Made by a program: the position numbers and the translations under genes. DNA of 63,550 bases, counting the filler, from Stramenopiles sp. TOSAG23-3 (Eukaryota), in assembly GCA_900128585.1 (NCBI GenBank). It is 52 parts of 52 records of this genome, joined end to end, with 100 filler letters (N's around TTAATTAATTAA, not from the genome) between each part and the next. Parts side by side here need not be neighbours in the genome. Positions count along the whole stretch, not along the records: positions 57,590 to 58,702 come from LT646464.1; positions 58,803 to 59,915 come from LT646465.1; positions 60,016 to 61,128 come from LT646466.1; positions 61,229 to 62,339 come from LT646467.1; positions 62,440 to 63,550 come from LT646468.1; 47 more parts are not named here. One strand, given 5' to 3'. Below, one piece after another: positions 58,289-63,550 of the stretch. How positions within the stretch are numbered: the first letter of the stretch is position 1; every line of letters starts with the position of its first letter. The notes beneath the pieces are model-generated. The model worked only from the letters and a program-made list of their open reading frames with translations. It was not told the origin of the DNA and ran no database searches.

Positions 58289-58802
58289 AGTTTTATCAAC
58301 AACTGCTGGGCGCGATTTAAATTTCAGATAGATATAGGTAATTGTATATATAGAGAGAAACAGAGGACTATAGGAATCCTGAGTGTGCACAACTTATTAC
58401 ATTTACACAGCATCATCAAAACAAATAAATTAAAAAATCGAGAAATGTAACATATAATAATAATAGCTATACACATGTATATAGAAATAGCATAGGATGA
58501 AATCCTATCCAGTTGTTCTGATCAGCAACGGCGGCAGCGTAGGGGAGAATAGGAAGGGATGTGTACATTGCATTGATTGCATCAACTTATTTTTAACAGA
58601 CATCATCATTGCTTCCTTGTTATTTCCTTGTTGTTGTTGTTGTTGTTGGTTTTTTTATTTTATTTTTTTGGTTGTTCTTTCTTTTCCTTCAAAAGAAAGA
58701 AANNNNNNNNNNNNNNNNNNNNNNNNNNNNNNNNNNNNNNNNNNNNTTAATTAATTAANNNNNNNNNNNNNNNNNNNNNNNNNNNNNNNNNNNNNNNNNN
58801 NN

Positions 58803-59915
58803 CAAGCGGACAAATCGTCGGATCGTGGTCGATAAGTAACCGCGGACGTGGACGAAAAAATTCTCAACCCAAGAAAAGTATTCGTATAGGTGGGACAACC
58901 GCACAATTTTGGTCAATCGAAAGATTGCTACGTAATTTATGCCATTGTAATCTCCCATGGCCAACGCAAAAAAATCCAGCGGGATGGCAGATATAAGATC
59001 AACAACAAAGGATCCCTCAGAGCGGTAATGTTCACTAATTTTGGCAGAGTCTTTTACTACTAGGCCGGTGTCTTGGTCCCAAATTTGAAACACATACAGG
59101 TTGAAAAACAAATCGATGACAAAGAATACATCCACAATTACGGTGAAAGGAGAGACCCCCTTCCATCTTTCGTCAAATATGAATGCGATGCCCAGCGGAA
59201 CACTGAATGCGTTGTAGGCAATCCCGAGGAATGTGCACAGAAACCATACGTCCCGGAACTTGCTTTCTGGTTTGAACAGTGAATGCTCCTTCTTGTTTCC
59301 AATTTTCCATGCGGGCTGCGCCTTTGATGCACAGATATTGTGCCCTTGAAATTCACCCAATCCCTGCCCGACAATCTTATCCACGGCCTCCCGCTCCTTG
59401 GTGTCAAGCGTGTTCCAGACCTCCTCGAAGTACGTGTGCTCGTCGATGTAAAAAACAGCGCAGTAGGTCTTAGCCCTTACGCTGTAGCCCCAGCGAGGAA
59501 GTTCGTCGCTGTTTGCACCTTTACCCCCCAAACTTTCCGAGGCCATGGTCTCGTAGGCCTGGCCTTCTTCCACTTCTCGCCCCGAATCTTCGGCCCGACG
59601 AGTGGCATCGCTAGCATGGGAATCGCTTAAAAAGATGCTATGGCCGAAAAAATCACCTTTCACTAGCCGTCGAATGGGCAAGTCGTGTATGTATAAGTTT
59701 GCGACTCCCTTGTGCAGCAAAAAGCCGTAATCGCACACATTGTCTTCCGTACATATTTGGTCGTACGGAGTGTAAAATCGTTTCTGCAAGTGTGGGACTA
59801 GGGCGCGAATAAAGGCCGACGGCAAATTCTTCTTCTTTAACAAATTGATGGGGTCGTGGTACATCAGCTCCGTCTTGACATCGTCCGGCAAGGCCAGCAA
59901 ATGTTTTGCAGAAAT
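58803..59915 (-). CDS. Cyclic-nucleotide-binding-domain cation channel (CNBD followed by a further TM domain)
   Basis: LPDDVKTEL, GDFFG, SVRAKTYC; then PESKFRDVW...YNAFSVPL, HYRSEGSFVVDLISAIPLD, FRLTKIVRL (S4). Confidence 0.9.
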
Positions 59916-60015
59916 NNNNNNNNNNNNNNNNNNNNNNNNNNNNNNNNNNNNNNNNNNNNTTAATTAATTAANNNNNNNNNNNNNNNNNNNNNNNNNNNNN
60001 NNNNNNNNNNNNNNN

Positions 60016-61128
60016 AGTTTTTAAGACTTGGACAGCAACATCTTCCGAATGACCAGGTGGTCGAAGAGGATGAAAGTGGGCGGCCTGTTACAGCAGCGCA
60101 TATCGGAAGGTATGGAGTGGGTGCGAAATTGGCGGCGATTTGGTTAGGGGAGGACCTTCATGTTATTACCAAATCCAGTACCGGCCCGATAGTGGATGGT
60201 AAAATGTTGGATGAGATAATGAGAAATGAGGATCAGAATTTACAATGGGAAAGGAAATTTCTGATACGAGATCACAGTTTTACAGACCGAGAGAAGCGGT
60301 GCAAGCCATTAATGGACATCGTGGAACAGAAAGTACGAGGCAGGCTTGTCATGAATACTCAGGTTTTTGATGTTACTGAAAAAAATGAAAAGGCTTACAT
60401 CCCACGATGTCTTAGTTTGTGTGTCAAGGACATTTTTAAATTTACCATTGACTGGGATGCCGAGAAGAAAGTGAAAGTTTATGGGGCTTTTGTTTATTTT
60501 CCCACAGAGGGGGAGGATCATGCAATTGGTCAAATTAACGACATTCACGAAAACTTCAGCGCTATATATTGGGAGAACAAAAAGCTTTCGGCAAACGACA
60601 TTTCGGAAGAGTTTTTTGACGCTTACCTTCCCAAAAAATCCCCATGCTTTCATCGTGTAAAAGCAGTTGTTTTTTTCCCACAGTGTGTTGATATTAATGC
60701 AAATAAAACTAAAATTCAAGATGATATCAATAGCATCATTTTGGATAAATTTAATCAGGTTGGGATTGAAAGCGGTGTAAATGCAAATAATGGAAGGCAG
60801 GGTTATAAAAAACCCACAGATTGGCTGAGAGAAAGCAGCAAAAAATACGACAGTGAATACAGAGGGCACGGAGTGCTACGGGACGACCCCAGCGACCGGC
60901 AAAAACAGATCCTAGACGCGGTTAGCGTTAGTGTTGGAGATGATCACCTATTGAAGAAAGGTGACAAAATATTTTTAAGCTATGGAAACACCATTAAATT
61001 CATGGAAAGTGGGGTTAAAGCCAAATTTGAACGTGACCAGTGCGGTAGCAAGAAGCCCACAGAGATTGCTTGGAAAGACATACCTGATATAAATTTTACA
61101 TATATCAACAAAGTTGACTGCGCGCACG
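60016..61128 (+). CDS. GHKL ATPase plus S5-fold, SMCHD1/GMI1-like, internal fragment
   Basis: IGRYGVGAKLAAIWLG..LHVITK; AIYWENKKL; CFHRVKAVVF...INANKTK; DWLRESSKKYD. Confidence 0.7.
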
Positions 61129-61275
61129 NNNNNNNNNNNNNNNNNNNNNNNNNNNNNNNNNNNNNNNNNNNNTTAATTAATTAANNNNNNNNNNNNNNNN
61201 NNNNNNNNNNNNNNNNNNNNNNNNNNNNTTTTAATAAAATTATTGGAGAAGGAAGGGAAAAAAGAAGAAACAGAA

Positions 61276-61306
<31 letters not shown>

Positions 61307-61354
61307 GTAGAGAGAAAGAAAGGTAGGGAGAAAGAAACGTAGCAGAGAAAACAG

Positions 61355-61432
61355 AACGAACAATTGAACAATTGAACAATTGAACAATTGAACAATTGAA
61401 CAAACGAACGATTGAACGGTTGAACATTTGAA
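61355..61432 (+). repeat. (GAACAATT)n 8-bp tandem repeat
   Basis: About five perfect units plus degenerate flanking units. Confidence 0.9.
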
Positions 61433-61530
61433 GAAGAAAACGAGACATCGCTCCCGAATCAATTTCCTCAACGTTTTCTCAATTCCCTTCAGCTTTCCCC
61501 CCCCCCATCCCCACTTTCACCTTCCCCAAC

Positions 61531-62339
61531 ATGGCGTACATGGCAACTCGTGTCGATGGTGTGAACAAGAACACCGGACGAAGCACCTTTTCGGCGGCAG
61601 GGCAATCGATGATGTCTCCGCGGATGCCGGCGAACATGGTCAGCTCGTCCCCCGTGTACAACTCCGCGTACCCCTACCCTGGGGCGAACTCCAAGATAGA
61701 GAAACAGTTCCCTGGCGAAACGAACGAGACCATGTACACGAACGACACCCCAGGGATCGGGACCCTTCGGGGGAACATGACCGTCCCGTCCGCGTCTGGG
61801 TTCATGAACATCACCCCGAGGACGCGCAGGGAGCGCTCCGTCGCCCAGGACAACGACGCGGTCGTTCGCCAGAACCTTCAGCAAGAGCACAGCCGCCACT
61901 ACCGCAGCAGGGCCTTGGCCGAGAACAACAACTTCGCACGGGCGTTCTCCATCGACCAAACGAGCTCCATGGCCGGGACCACGGACGAGCGGTACAAGGG
62001 GAACGCGCACGAGATGCTAAAGGCGCAGAACGACTCCAAGATCGCCGCGCGGAAGCAGTTCCTCGACAACAAGCGGATGAACGTGATGACCGAGGAGCAG
62101 CAGCGCTGGAACGCGGACAATACACAGGCCGACGCCAGCGACGACCGCTGGGACGAGATCCGCGCGTCGTCCCTCAAGGCAAAGTCCAACTTGAACAGTC
62201 TCCCGTACAACCCGATATCGCTCCAGACGAAGGAGAGCGCGGACGGGCTCCAGTACGAGTACGAGGAAGGCCTCATGACCTACCGCGCGGCCCTGCGCTC
62301 GAAGAACCTGTACGGCCGGTACAACGCCAACGGGTTCAA
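61531..62339 (+). CDS. Hypothetical protein with PYNPI...GFN motifs, N-terminal part
   Basis: GC3-rich ORF; LPYNPISLQ...EGLMTYRAALRSKNL...NGF. Confidence 0.75.
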
Positions 62340-62568
62340 NNNNNNNNNNNNNNNNNNNNNNNNNNNNNNNNNNNNNNNNNNNNTTAATTAATTAANNNNN
62401 NNNNNNNNNNNNNNNNNNNNNNNNNNNNNNNNNNNNNNNAAGAAATCTCCTTGTAGTAGGTGCGTTAAACGGGGGATAAAGTGTATACCGACTGGGAAAT
62501 GTAAGCGCGGTAGGTGGCAAACTGATCGTGCAAATGCAAAAAAGAAGCGAAACGCGTGCAGCTCTAAT

Positions 62569-63402
62569 GTGCTGCTACAGTCTTTATCAACTGCAGCTTC
62601 GTTGTGTAGAAATGTAAGGAACGCCGATGGTAGTCACCATTTTGGGACCAGCTGCCTTTTACACCAAATATTCTTCTCTTCCTTGGCAAAACGATCCTTG
62701 AGTACAATGATTGATGTTCTTCTATTCGCACAAAAGTGCAACGTTGATTTCGATAGCATGTTTTTCGACACCGAAATGGATCGAACTGATAAAACATTCA
62801 GCAGTTTAGACGATTTTTTCGCTAAAGGAAAAGTGTCACCAATCAAATGCAATACCTTTTCGTTAGATGTTGTACCAGACAGTTTGTTGAGGAAGGTTGA
62901 GCTCAATGTTGTAACTGCATCAGAGCGTTGCTACTTTATATCGCACCACGGATCGTTTTTTTATAATGTTCATACCTCACGAGAGTGGGCGGATAACTTT
63001 GCGACCGCAGAAGACATCTTAGTCACACATAAGATTGACGCAGCAAAACTTATAGAAAATTTGATACCCAGGGATCAGATTCCAATTTTTTTTCACATGT
63101 TTGCAACTCTGGTGGCAAAGTGGAAAAAACCCAACGTAGATGTGCCTGTCTTACGACAGACGCTTCAATTGCTTGATAAAAATAAAAAATGCAGCAAATG
63201 CAAATTAGTGATGGCTTTGCATATCTCCAAAACGTGTCAGTTCACTTACTTTGAATCTACACCGTTAATGCCCGAATCACACCATTTTGGTTTCGGTGAC
63301 AGTGACTTTCTTGAAAGTTCGAGTTGGCTTGAAGACCACGACGCAACTGTCCCATTGGATGACTTAGGCGAATCAATTTTGCAGCTGCTTCTCCAAAGCT
63401 AG
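62569..63402 (+). CDS. Orphan hypothetical protein
   Basis: 277-codon open frame, no recognisable domain; CSKC motif. Confidence 0.55.
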   Translation: MLLQSLSTAASLCRNVRNADGSHHFGTSCLLHQIFFSSLAKRSLSTMIDVLLFAQKCNVDFDSMFFDTEMDRTDKTFSSLDDFFAKGKVSPIKCNTFSLDVVPDSLLRKVELNVVTASERCYFISHHGSFFYNVHTSREWADNFATAEDILVTHKIDAAKLIENLIPRDQIPIFFHMFATLVAKWKKPNVDVPVLRQTLQLLDKNKKCSKCKLVMALHISKTCQFTYFESTPLMPESHHFGFGDSDFLESSSWLEDHDATVPLDDLGESILQLLLQS

Positions 63403-63550
63403 TGGCCGTTCAAAACATAGTACGCCGAATCCAACGATTGGTGTAGCAATCGTTTTGAAAAAATAAAGTTGACCAGCGTTGGCAAAATATGTTGTCGAAG
63501 TTACTGTTCTAGGGAACACTATGGGTCCTCCTATGGGCATCATTGCAATA

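Noticed and set aside
1139-62439. Regularly spaced TTAATTAATTAA repeat resembling a CRISPR-like or engineered array
   Set aside because: Always embedded in 44-N flanks between size-sorted contigs; it is an assembly concatenation linker
1-63550. tRNA, rRNA, cas genes, viral hallmark genes (capsid, packaging ATPase, pPolB)
   Set aside because: None recognised by eye; viral origin of the orphan contigs remains unsupported inference

Overview
This window is not a continuous locus. It is 52 short contigs (~1.11-1.14 kb, in decreasing size order) joined by an artificial 100-bp linker (44 N + TTAATTAATTAA + 44 N, stops in all six frames). Neighbourhood across linkers is meaningless and ORFs ending in X...LIN are truncated. 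The content is a microbial eukaryote: mostly intron-poor, moderately GC-rich exons in very AT-rich, microsatellite-laden intergenic DNA. The gene repertoire suggests a flagellated protist, possibly a stramenopile (inference only). Recognisable gene fragments include MTR4, CRY-DASH, an ADCY10-like cyclase, an ABCD transporter, an SSS symporter, a Dispatched/Patched protein, a PMP34-like carrier, a MATCAP-like peptidase, WDR17, an SMCHD1-like GHKL ATPase, a Roco protein, DnaJ, a CNBD channel, and a Ty1/copia RT. The most interesting signals are non-coding or mobile: (i) a dispersed ~30-bp element (AAAAACAAGAAAATTGGCTGTTATTTA) in five unrelated contigs, once as a perfect hairpin and once flanked by a 15-bp target-site-like duplication; (ii) a C2H2 zinc-finger array and a convergent ORF, each starting right after one arm of a ~130-bp inverted repeat; (iii) a ~350-bp nested foldback element upstream of an orphan ORF; (iv) over-represented intergenic motifs. 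No complete multi-gene novel system can be shown from 1-kb fragments. All family assignments are by eye, from motifs; no database search was run.
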